From the IMG/VR virus record IMGVR_UViG_3300025133_000111, positions 1 to 60,423 of that record: a stretch of DNA of 60,423 nt; one strand, written 5' to 3'. Shown here piece after piece: positions 10,701-18,247 of this stretch. Under the pieces are notes generated by a model. That model searched no databases. It was not told where the DNA came from and saw only the letters and a list, made by a program, of their open reading frames with translations. Each line of letters opens with the position of its first letter. The stretch's first letter is position 1. Made by a program: the position numbers and the translations under genes. This DNA comes from a virus (lineage: Duplodnaviria; Caudoviricetes).

Positions 10701-13700
10701 AAGTCAAAATTATTTTCATAATCAAATACATCAGTTCCCAATGTATATTTATATACTTGGGTTCCAATATCATCTATTTCTATTGTAATATCTGCATCAT
10801 TATCTATGCCAGCCCAATGTGGAGTGACCCAAGAGGAGATGGTGCCCTCCTCAAGGCTTATATTTGAAATTGCAGGAGTAGTTACGGTAGTGTCACCCTT
10901 AACATCCAATCCTTCTTTAAACTTTGAGCTTAAGAAGTTAATTGGACCAGATATCTCCACCTCTTCGGGCTGCAAGTAATCTCTTCCCAAGATCCAGCTT
11001 CCAAATGCCGACTCAGTTATTTCCGGCTCTATATCCGTAAAGGACTCAATTAAAGTATTAAATGATGATTTAATTGGACCGTTAGTGAACGCCTGCATGG
11101 CGCCCTGGAGAGCACTTCTGTATAGCTCGCGATCTATATTTAGACCAAACTTCTGGAAGAATGGAATCTTGGTTAAAATTCCAAAGTTTCTTCTGAGAGC
11201 CTCTCTTAGTGCTCCATATTTGTAAGAGACGAAATACTCCTCCCCTTCGCTTATAGCGCTTCCAATAGCCCAATCGATTTGATTGTCTCCATACTCATAA
11301 GAGAGGAAAACATCATCATAAGAGTATGTGTAATCGAAGTAAATTCTTCCGTATCTATAATCTATAGCAAGCTTTGTTCCTACCGTAGGAATTCCCCTAG
11401 TTATATATTTAATAGAAACTAAGTCGAGAGCAGCTATAGATGAATCGTTTGGAACAACAATCACGGCTCCAGATGGAGTAGTTGTGACTTGGCCGCTGGT
11501 GATAACCAGATCTGTAGTAACATTTTTGATTTCAAAAACTGACTCAAAATTAGAATCTGAGATAACAAAGGTAAAAACGCCATCTTTCAGAACTGCTCTA
11601 GTCTGGAATAGTTTTTTCAAATCAATTACATTTTCTTCGAATGAAACATAAGAAGAATCGTAGATATTTCTACCACCATCTGAAAGCTTTGCATTAGCCT
11701 CCTCGGAAGTTACCTCAGGAATCCTGCTTGCAGGATCTTTCGTCTCCAAGCCGGTCCCTTCTAAAAACTTTTCATCTAGAATTGTCTTGATTGATGAAAT
11801 TTTATGCTCAACAACAACTGTAAAGTCAGAAAGAACCACGTTCATCTCTTTAGATGCGCCAAGTAAGTTGATTGCAGATGCCCCAGTATTTCTTAAGAGG
11901 CTGGCCTCCAAATCATCTATTCTTATTGAGCTATTAGTGTGAATTATAGTCTCATAATTTATAGCAGAATCAAATACTGTATCAGATGGAAGAAGCTGCT
12001 TAGATGCTTGCGGAACAGCTATGATATTTGCATTATTTGTTAAAGATGAGTTATACTTATAGCCTACAACTCCAGCCTCATATGCCTGATCTTTAGCTAC
12101 AGCTAAGTATACCTTTCCATTATCATAGTCAATGCAGTAATCGCCCCGCTTTCTTAATCGGGAAATATTCTCGACAGTTGTATCGACATCTTCCGTTATA
12201 AAGGTGCTCTTTAAAGACCCCTTTGTGGCAAATTTGAGAGATGGAGCTACCAAAGAAGGCTTAAAGTACTTTTCATTTGCAAAAATCGATTCATCAGAGA
12301 ATGAAACAGAACTATTAGAAAATGATCCAATAGAATCTTCAGACTTACTAACAATCTGTATATTATCTAGATTGAAAACATATCCCATAGGACCAAGCGT
12401 AACAGATTCTCCCAAGCTAGGGGCCTGCGCCGTTATAGAGATCCCGAAGGAGTTAATAAGTCCATTTGCATCTGGATTTCCAAAGAAGTTAATTTGTATA
12501 TCTTCAAGTGGATCAGTTCCGCTTAACCCAGTGCTTCTAATGAAATAATCTTGAGAATTTAGATTAATCAGCTCAGAAGGTATGCCGGGTGTAAATCCAA
12601 TATTAGAATTAGACAAAGCTGTTCTAATCTCAATGTTAAATGCGGGACAGACAAACTCTCCGACTGCCGATAGGTCTTCCAGCTCAACTATATCGAAGTT
12701 TGCCCCCTCTATTCCTGATGATTTAAATTCAGGAGATCTTCGTCCAGAGAAGAAAACCTCATCATCAGTGTGATAAAGCGGAGAATAAACCTCTCCAGTC
12801 GTTTGGTTGAAAATTCTAAAAACATTTGTGACCGGTGTGTTCTTTGGACTTATCGAGAATGAAGTGAGAAAATTATTCTCAACGGGCTCGTTTAGGATTT
12901 CCGTATGGCAAGGAGCTTCGTAATCAATACCCTCTGAGAAAACTTTTTCGTAAGTAAACTCCACAGTAACCTTGGACTCTTCTAGAGATCTGGTTTTTGA
13001 AGCAACAACTTCATTATTGTCTATATAGTAGTCTAGATTCTCCGTAAAAGAATTTCTATAAAGATAAGAGGCAACTATTGCGCGACTTCCAGTTCCAGCT
13101 CCTATATTTTCTGATCCAACAACAATGACTTCGCCCGTGCTATAATTTATAGCATATTCACCCAGTTTTGACGGGAGTTTAGACGCATTAAAAACTAATT
13201 CTCGTCTAAACTCTGTAGGAATGCCAGGAGACGCCTGTCCGTAAACGAAGGTTACGCCACCTCTTTCTGGAAGTTCATTATTAGAGTCTACAATGGGAGC
13301 ATTATTTAAGAAGAATCGGCTAATATTAGATGGAAGAAATTCTTGTTGAATCTTTTCTAAATTAAATATCTCTAGAGAACCCTCATTTAGCCTGATACCA
13401 AAGTCTCGATACAAATAGGATATAACTATTTTATCACCGACTCTTGGCTTATCTATGTTTCCAAATTCTGATAGCAAAACCTGATTAGAATCAAGTCCTA
13501 TATCTCCAAAGGCAAGTTCTGGGTCATATCGATTATTTAAGATAGAATACTTATAGACAGAAAGACCATATTCTGTTCCGAGACTTCCGTCACAGTCTTC
13601 AAGCTCACCAGCTTTAATGAGAATTACCTTATTAACCTTGATAACATTTTTATTTGGAAGATTTATCAAAAAGCCGTCAAATGAGGCTCCCTCTGTTCCT

Positions 13701-14395
13701 ATGGTAATCTCCTTTGACTCAACAGCGGTCTCCTGTATAGAGATGGGGTATTTTGGAAACTCAGAATGCCTAGGGATCTGGGAAGTTGAGTTATAATCAA
13801 TCTCTCTAAAGATTGATAAACCACCAGTTACTCTTGGAGAGACCCTGTCTATCACAAATGCATTTTCATTGGAAAGTCGGTCCGTAGCTCCAGAGCTTCT
13901 AACTCGTCTCTCGTCAATAACTGACTCTGATATATAGTTATCACTTAAAAGCTCACCGATATGCTTCTGTGCCTTATAAAGCTCTTCGGCCTGATTATCA
14001 ATCAAGCTTGTTAAGTTGGAATTCTCCAACTTATAAAGAGATGGCATGTTCTGAACAAGCCTGTCCCTAACAGGGTTGAAATTTTTCAGTCCAAGAAAAT
14101 ATAGCTCTCGACTAACGTCGTCATTAATTAATGCAACACCATCAAATGAGGTAAATTTTGTCTCAGAGCTATCACCCAGCTTTAGTATATAGTAATTTCC
14201 AGATACCTGAGGCTTTGTCGTTATTATAACTTGATTTTTAGATACGGTTACCCTGGTAATCTCTAAATCACTAACATTTCCACTTACAGAGGTTACGCTA
14301 AAGTTATCAATACCTAGAGTCTCGGATAAATCCTTATTAAATGTTACTTTTAATTCTGTGCTAGATGGTATTGAAAATAATGTTGGTCGAAGCAT
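4790..14395 (-). CDS. Giant baseplate wedge protein (P2 gpI / T4 gp7-like core) with Ig-like and LamG/concanavalin A-like domains
   Basis: 3201 aa, directly after the J-like gene. Wedge-like ELYRSALQGAMQAFTNGP segment and terminal LVNTLKPSHT (KPAH-type end). LamG-type motifs GTISSWVTP, HHIAASW...MHLFVDG and GSIEFWVSP...WHRI...MRIFIDG...MDNIRFS. N-terminal Ig-like ELKVTFNKDL. Confidence 0.7.
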   Translation of the reverse strand: MLRPTLFSIPSSTELKVTFNKDLSETLGIDNFSVTSVSGNVSDLEITRVTVSKNQVIITTKPQVSGNYYILKLGDSSETKFTSFDGVALINDDVSRELYFLGLKNFNPVRDRLVQNMPSLYKLENSNLTSLIDNQAEELYKAQKHIGELLSDNYISESVIDERRVRSSGATDRLSNENAFVIDRVSPRVTGGLSIFREIDYNSTSQIPRHSEFPKYPISIQETAVESKEITIGTEGASFDGFLINLPNKNVIKVNKVILIKAGELEDCDGSLGTEYGLSVYKYSILNNRYDPELAFGDIGLDSNQVLLSEFGNIDKPRVGDKIVISYLYRDFGIRLNEGSLEIFNLEKIQQEFLPSNISRFFLNNAPIVDSNNELPERGGVTFVYGQASPGIPTEFRRELVFNASKLPSKLGEYAINYSTGEVIVVGSENIGAGTGSRAIVASYLYRNSFTENLDYYIDNNEVVASKTRSLEESKVTVEFTYEKVFSEGIDYEAPCHTEILNEPVENNFLTSFSISPKNTPVTNVFRIFNQTTGEVYSPLYHTDDEVFFSGRRSPEFKSSGIEGANFDIVELEDLSAVGEFVCPAFNIEIRTALSNSNIGFTPGIPSELINLNSQDYFIRSTGLSGTDPLEDIQINFFGNPDANGLINSFGISITAQAPSLGESVTLGPMGYVFNLDNIQIVSKSEDSIGSFSNSSVSFSDESIFANEKYFKPSLVAPSLKFATKGSLKSTFITEDVDTTVENISRLRKRGDYCIDYDNGKVYLAVAKDQAYEAGVVGYKYNSSLTNNANIIAVPQASKQLLPSDTVFDSAINYETIIHTNSSIRIDDLEASLLRNTGASAINLLGASKEMNVVLSDFTVVVEHKISSIKTILDEKFLEGTGLETKDPASRIPEVTSEEANAKLSDGGRNIYDSSYVSFEENVIDLKKLFQTRAVLKDGVFTFVISDSNFESVFEIKNVTTDLVITSGQVTTTPSGAVIVVPNDSSIAALDLVSIKYITRGIPTVGTKLAIDYRYGRIYFDYTYSYDDVFLSYEYGDNQIDWAIGSAISEGEEYFVSYKYGALREALRRNFGILTKIPFFQKFGLNIDRELYRSALQGAMQAFTNGPIKSSFNTLIESFTDIEPEITESAFGSWILGRDYLQPEEVEISGPINFLSSKFKEGLDVKGDTTVTTPAISNISLEEGTISSWVTPHWAGIDNDADITIEIDDIGTQVYKYTLGTDVFDYENNFDLIPNGGSIGGVDCSIPSITLHNGVIALIEVENDEDEELLVTGAKALVKEEDALTRATNMDLNISIKIDNFSIPRTLRGGLMSPPALVNGVVGLYESLVNIPGYLIGSTPSNETIGYTSPGFISIGDNNKLLFLQLAMRVVTDASSGSPLVINIASNKLSTNDFPKYDRLHPTPSCKCTITDTVSTLSKFRDKDTQTIKAEFSGPISIAHIRDFNVVYTDNPSAFKVADSIGSIYQVYGFLDISGTDVYDSIPDIITGFLLNKIPQNHEEITAKGSEFFNDYNPVGDLTLSYQVVSILTEENTDSARVLGYKEQGFVVDWSTEYLDIDIVRDPARNVVKIDLESETFSGKKTINLFYTDLINTADEDYILSRFDMFNPGIPSAISPDSIKDKIAIGTLDKACYSVININDLDYKIYNRFDLNDIYIGKFGRNPRDIPFTVSRYDSPDTSVGIPFNYESSEGIFIGFDDLCQSTVSDDSGQWIFRTRAAETVNLPTSVIIDGSDYTFGREDILLEHTFTGRILTDGEFSSVMRAYRQEDDDSCAEGLICSANYRYCGDGLLEESGWKKINETSSNVINLLLGGSENDVAFWSKSGAFNTSADGGVYRIGPSTSDSVPGSGDLGPTNRNTLFGRIPCSDGDWSATVNFRVLETDPRIEGSLLGRFIGSVSGNLTGISPLHIFDSKINIKLLLGISDASQPVLLVLDGHSGDILDISFLNWRDGEYKELIIKNENDIISIETESEVLSIISASDFEDASVNPCDLLSEPFIAVHLLDGSVVHSPSFHQAFSGNIVDISLIEYEGRREEGLGLLESDDVFISTDSKIEFSFNTTQTEADGYSDGYSDGYDGYDGYASSVIYDVDEITFTSDKLRYLFDTGESESLNRISIFKDGKGFLNFRIFDNSADKINEVRMYNIATNIKYFKANELHHIAASWRLNTIYEKDEMHLFVDGLEAPSLYRFGGAVRARVNDKFSDVSKEILQGFVEDKITYYDDHIDGTILANSSTFFSSSLGLGPHLLGRSLIFKSSAIAEAYVGGEFLIGEMVGSGATILNSQTLDPVIFNTSASDITFSLAPTAGIEESIVTDINNGTYAIFKTDCENITTELGGVEYSIKSGSIVIENKGVAINPSFRANMTSRLIEFVGKDSYCNNVATIDFSDLDVHIKTFGLLFKKIKVDISLPASSYSSRRPPSAGSLLSSHTVEPVSLSDVSIQKIIKTKYIPEFSAIQPSGNFFYGSFETSLQDPVGTYKLTSEPGRLPKSNQGRQLSIFVDSDNIRFCEEAEDGYAGSTDSKITIFGETIDGSDFEEFFITGNGTFEGSKFFTSVRLIRGELIIADPSYESCVLEVLEKDSVTVSNNQGEYAKVTTYVNGSLVLRTGETRDPFEIPPGSYRVEFPAFLNIRLPQVGHKIFLGSDLNGKNQFNGIIDEYKIVTEMSSDTRPTENVTSGTRSVTREYLNPNPNCSDNQTTMLVHFDDPIKLQSRRLRQKVFLNTDNNYKFKLDLADREALLTSINDQESFESKMMRMGFSKDQATRTFFECHKAQGGPVFNEAKLMRSDDMLVSFGSVNESFGQSARFFDTKPMVIQNNLSYFRKDKGSIEFWVSPLLMTANDSAERIYISIASINRKRVRSFTPTRLRLPTSAGKIISIKLLENTKEFSSFYPQSEVDEILFDEIYRSEITGRLTGGTGVKKDFSLGSELSPDGRFVTLKDALPGSETEVIVTYIPVDSQGDFISIYKDSGEDGPEIVFSIRTATEEHRVSGSIDWRRNSWHRIRCDYKTGTSSDMMRIFIDGKDQAGFVYGKNGLEYGSSGGSGGGGGGPGGGPSSPDPIENKRIRLVDDFRLILIGGESNTRDGALARMDNIRFSREIREEVNDPSGNKVDLNYSSNLETIFPVVEDSTTTLLLDFNQEDVEERYAAIIDPENGIFNFDIDVIDDFGKISEDEVEDLITELVNTLKPSHTNALVKFPRESC
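8153..8203 (-). repeat. Peptide-level tandem repeat DGYSDGYSDGYDGYDGY
   Basis: Five DGY units encoded GATGGGTAT, GACGGATAT, GATGGCTAT, GACGGCTAT and GATGGATAC, all different at the DNA level. Confidence 0.9.
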
Positions 14396-14403
14396 ACTCT
14401 TAC

Positions 14404-17400
14404 CTAGTTGATTCTAAATTTATTCCTCGAAACAGCCTCAAACAAAATTTCGCCGGGAGAGATAAACTGATTATCGAGAGCCTTAATGAACGGAGTTCTT
14501 CCCGTTTTTTCTGTCTCATTAAAGATAGAAATATTAACAGAGTCAACTCCATCTACTGCAGCGGCAGTAGCAATAATATCAGAATAATCAACAGTGCCGC
14601 CTAATACAGAGGTATTAAGAGCATTTGATACAGAATTTATAACATTTTCAACAATTTTATCAGTATTCGTCAAAGAATTATCATTTATAAGCAATGTACC
14701 TTGAACATCTACAAGAATATCTTCTGCCTCTTTTACAAGAACATCTGCAGTTACAGGCCTAACTCTTTCTACCTCTAGAGTAGAATCGATAATAAGCTTA
14801 TTCACATTATACGATATACTCAATCTTTCGCCTTCTTTCGGGGCCAAAAAGTTATAATCAACGCTATAGGTGTCGCCAGAGTTTGGCTGGCTATCGGCGT
14901 CTAGTTTAATTGAGCCAATTAGATTTCCAGTGCTGGACCTGAACCCGGAAGATACGGAAACTCTTTCAATGAGTCCAAATCTATTTTTTGTAGATTTCTT
15001 AGAAGAGCCAGAAAAGAATATTTCTTCAGCTCCATCTGTATTGTAAAGCAAAAACTCTATCCGAACCAGATCTCCAGCAAAAAGTACAATAGACGAGTTA
15101 TTGGGAGTAGACGGAATTACGAAAGTATAATTGTCTAACGAAGAGTCTGTTGATGCAGTTCCGACAGAAAAAGAAGAATCATTTAATCTTATACCAAGAA
15201 TGTCAAATGCAGATTCCTCATCTCCATTGCTACTCAAGAGGGTGACTGCATCCACCTTTGCTATTCCAATATTGGAAGGCAGAGACGAAAGTCCCAAAGC
15301 AGTTTTGATTTCATTTTGTAAATCAAAAATTTGACCACTAATTGAGACTCCAGCTGTGATATCCAGGCTATACCTATTAAGAGTTGTTCCTGCTACCTTT
15401 ATCTTGCCAGCGCCAGTAACTCCTGATACCTCAACCGCTACTGGTGTCGGCCCAAATCTATATATCGGAATAGGGCTAGAGCTAACGCTGTAATCATAAA
15501 AAACTGGCTGATTTGAGCTGCTAGATCCATCCCCATTTAGCGAAATAAGTTTATTCGACAGGTCAATGCTGGTTATTGGCAAATTAGACAAGCTTATCTT
15601 TGGATAAACAACATTTGTATCTATAACATATTTGACATAAATATCTTCTTGTGCAAAAAAGATCTCCTCGATAGAGTCAAAAATATCATTTTCACGCAGC
15701 ACACCTTCGGATGGAAGCACTACTATGTTATTGAAAATAGATCCGTCAGAATCTTTAATATCAAAGCCTTCCCCTTTGTTGTAATGAACAGTAACAGCAT
15801 CACCTATAACTGCTGCAGAATCTGATGGGAAGTAAATAACTCTAGAAGAAAAAGAACCGTCATCTTCTTCGGTTTTATAAACCTCTAATAAATCTGCATC
15901 TCGCTTTATCGAGATAATACTCTCACTAGAGCTAACGGACTCATCTGATCCGGAAAGAACGACTCCAATGGCCCCTGTTTGATCAACAATTGCAACTGTA
16001 GCTGTAGCTATAGTTTTTACAAAAACCGAAATAACTTTACTTGCGTTATAATCTAAAGTCACCTGAAAATTTAGACCATCGTCTGTTTTTTCGATAACAG
16101 TTTTCTCTTCAGAGATCCCACCGCTCTGGGACCAATCAACCACATCAACTACAGATGGAATCTTAAACTGAAAAGAATTCCCTCCAGAAAAATCAATATG
16201 TTTGTCAAAGAATTTCCTCCAAGTATAGTTTACACTTAGAGTGTCCGAAGATCTTGGAAGCGATCTTCCTGAAATCTTAACTACACCGGTTCTGTTTAGG
16301 TTATCTGAATCTAAATTCTGATTAACCACAGAATACACCTCTCCGGTAGTCTTATTTTGAACTCTAGAGACCCTAACCACTGGAGTTTGACGTAGCTGAA
16401 GGAATTCTGAACCAGCGATGCTTACTTCGGAATTTTCAGATAGCTCATTTAGATCTACATAGACACCGTCAAGACTGCTGATGTCCGAAAACTCTAGCGA
16501 GTCTAGTCCGTAAAGATCGCCTTTAGCGAGAGCTTCTGCCTCAACTTCTTTTTTACTTGATATAAAATGAATCTTATCAAAACCGAATGGGCTGCCACCC
16601 GTCTCTGGGTTTAAGTCCTTTTGAAGCTCAAAACTTCCCTGCTTAACTCCATTTTCATCTAAAAATGATTCTGTTAAAGTTCCAGAGGAGCTACCTACAA
16701 CAGCAATCATGGAATCTGCAGGCTGCGCCGGCAAAATGCCAAGCTTAAAAGCCTGAACTCGCCTCTCTTCGGAAGTTCTTGTTAGGTCCTGATTTGACTG
16801 GCCTAGTATAAAGTCATTTCTTTCATCAGCTATATCCCCAGAGCCAGATAGGTCTGTAAAGATATATGATTCAGAGACTGCTTCAACCTTCCTTCCTAAA
16901 ATATAAAGGTCAACCTTTCCTCCGGTTCCTGAGTTTAAAATTCTACTAGTTCCGTCATCAAGCTCTATTGTCTCCGTTCCATCTCTAAGCATTAAAGAGT
17001 TTCCCGGCTCAACCACCAGTGCGTCGAGGACTCCAGTTACACCTAATACTGAATTTCTATATCCAGCTGAAGTTCCGATGTTTGCCCCACTAAATATAGC
17101 CAAAATCCGAGCGCGGAAAGAATCATCACTTTCTTGATTGGTTCCACCAGTAGTAGAGGTCAGGTTTACAACTGAAGCAACACCCTGTAGGTCTGAGTTA
17201 ACTATCTGTAGTGAGCCAACATTTCCCGCCGAACCAACTCTTACTGCTCGAATGGGAACCTCTATAGCATAGGTACTATTGAGCCCTGCAATATTCAGAG
17301 ACTTTCTCAACCTAGTTGCGTTGGCGGCTAAACGATTCTTATCCGCCGAAGACATTACATAGTTACCAACAGTTCGGAACCCAATTCCGCTTCTTGAGGT

Positions 17401-17727
17401 GCCGATGCTTCCATTTGGAATTGGAATATCAGAAGCAAGACTGTTTGTTGCGTAAATGAGAATTCCACTAGCTGCTGAACCAGTATTTTTAGTTACACCA
17501 AAGTTGGCGGCCAATCGCTCCAAGTCTTTTCCTACAGCATTACCAAGGGACTGTTTATCTGAGACTAAATTTAAAACAGAATATAGTCTTGCAAGTTCGT
17601 CAGCCGGGAGATCCACGAAGAGGTCTCTGGGGACAGATCCCGGTTTAGTATCTAAGTTCGGTTGGGAAAATCCCAGCCTCTGAAGCATTGTAGATACTAT
17701 TTCACTAAATGATCTAAATGTAGCCAT
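14404..17727 (-). CDS. Baseplate J-like wedge protein (T4 gp6 / P2 gpJ family), expanded
   Basis: 1107 aa. Typical J-family motifs: GSVPRDLF, GKDLERLAANFGVTK, AVRVGSAGNV, TGGTNQESDDSFRARI, GTSAGY...VTGVLDALV, and C-terminal LGGTVDYSDIIATAAAVDGVDSV. Confidence 0.9.
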   Translation of the reverse strand: MATFRSFSEIVSTMLQRLGFSQPNLDTKPGSVPRDLFVDLPADELARLYSVLNLVSDKQSLGNAVGKDLERLAANFGVTKNTGSAASGILIYATNSLASDIPIPNGSIGTSRSGIGFRTVGNYVMSSADKNRLAANATRLRKSLNIAGLNSTYAIEVPIRAVRVGSAGNVGSLQIVNSDLQGVASVVNLTSTTGGTNQESDDSFRARILAIFSGANIGTSAGYRNSVLGVTGVLDALVVEPGNSLMLRDGTETIELDDGTSRILNSGTGGKVDLYILGRKVEAVSESYIFTDLSGSGDIADERNDFILGQSNQDLTRTSEERRVQAFKLGILPAQPADSMIAVVGSSSGTLTESFLDENGVKQGSFELQKDLNPETGGSPFGFDKIHFISSKKEVEAEALAKGDLYGLDSLEFSDISSLDGVYVDLNELSENSEVSIAGSEFLQLRQTPVVRVSRVQNKTTGEVYSVVNQNLDSDNLNRTGVVKISGRSLPRSSDTLSVNYTWRKFFDKHIDFSGGNSFQFKIPSVVDVVDWSQSGGISEEKTVIEKTDDGLNFQVTLDYNASKVISVFVKTIATATVAIVDQTGAIGVVLSGSDESVSSSESIISIKRDADLLEVYKTEEDDGSFSSRVIYFPSDSAAVIGDAVTVHYNKGEGFDIKDSDGSIFNNIVVLPSEGVLRENDIFDSIEEIFFAQEDIYVKYVIDTNVVYPKISLSNLPITSIDLSNKLISLNGDGSSSSNQPVFYDYSVSSSPIPIYRFGPTPVAVEVSGVTGAGKIKVAGTTLNRYSLDITAGVSISGQIFDLQNEIKTALGLSSLPSNIGIAKVDAVTLLSSNGDEESAFDILGIRLNDSSFSVGTASTDSSLDNYTFVIPSTPNNSSIVLFAGDLVRIEFLLYNTDGAEEIFFSGSSKKSTKNRFGLIERVSVSSGFRSSTGNLIGSIKLDADSQPNSGDTYSVDYNFLAPKEGERLSISYNVNKLIIDSTLEVERVRPVTADVLVKEAEDILVDVQGTLLINDNSLTNTDKIVENVINSVSNALNTSVLGGTVDYSDIIATAAAVDGVDSVNISIFNETEKTGRTPFIKALDNQFISPGEILFEAVSRNKFRIN

Positions 17728-17735
17728 TCTTTCCC

Positions 17736-18167
17736 CTAAGCTATCCTTACCGTCACAGAGCTTTCTACCCTATCCAGTGACTGAGTTAATACGGAAACAA
17801 ATATATTATACAATCTAGGGTCAACTTTATCCCTAGTAACTTCTAGATTTAAAATATCTATAATAATTTCCCCAGGAGTTAAAGCCTGCCTTCTAGATTG
17901 AGATCTCTGAAGAGACATAAGATTTCTGAGCGCGGCTCGTGCAGATGACTCTATATCTAAAGATGCAATCTTTTCGTCGGCGTGAGTTCCGATTTGGAGC
18001 TTTCCAACATGACTTCCATATTTTGGATGAAACTTATTGTCTCCAAGGTCAGTGAGTAATATCTTTAGAATATCTTGTCTTAATTTTGAATTTCCAGTAA
18101 CCGTAGATAGAGTACCATCTGCGTTTATTTTCAAATCTCCATTTTCTAACCTTAAATCAAAAGACAT
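17736..18167 (-). CDS. gp25-like baseplate wedge / sheath initiator
   Basis: 143 aa. LRQDILKILLTDLGDNKFHPKYGS matches the gp25/gpW family pattern; lies immediately upstream of the J-like gene. Confidence 0.9.
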   Translation of the reverse strand: MSFDLRLENGDLKINADGTLSTVTGNSKLRQDILKILLTDLGDNKFHPKYGSHVGKLQIGTHADEKIASLDIESSARAALRNLMSLQRSQSRRQALTPGEIIIDILNLEVTRDKVDPRLYNIFVSVLTQSLDRVESSVTVRIA

Positions 18168-18247
18168 ATTACTTCCTTAAGCTCCCTATTTTGTTATAAA
18201 AATAATAGAAATATTTAAACGGAGAGGGGTCTCACAACAAGGAAACA

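Noticed and set aside
18222-18233. Small hairpin GAGA-CCCC-TCTC after the 657-aa gene as a terminator
   Set aside because: Only a 4-bp stem with a poor U-tract; too weak to call.
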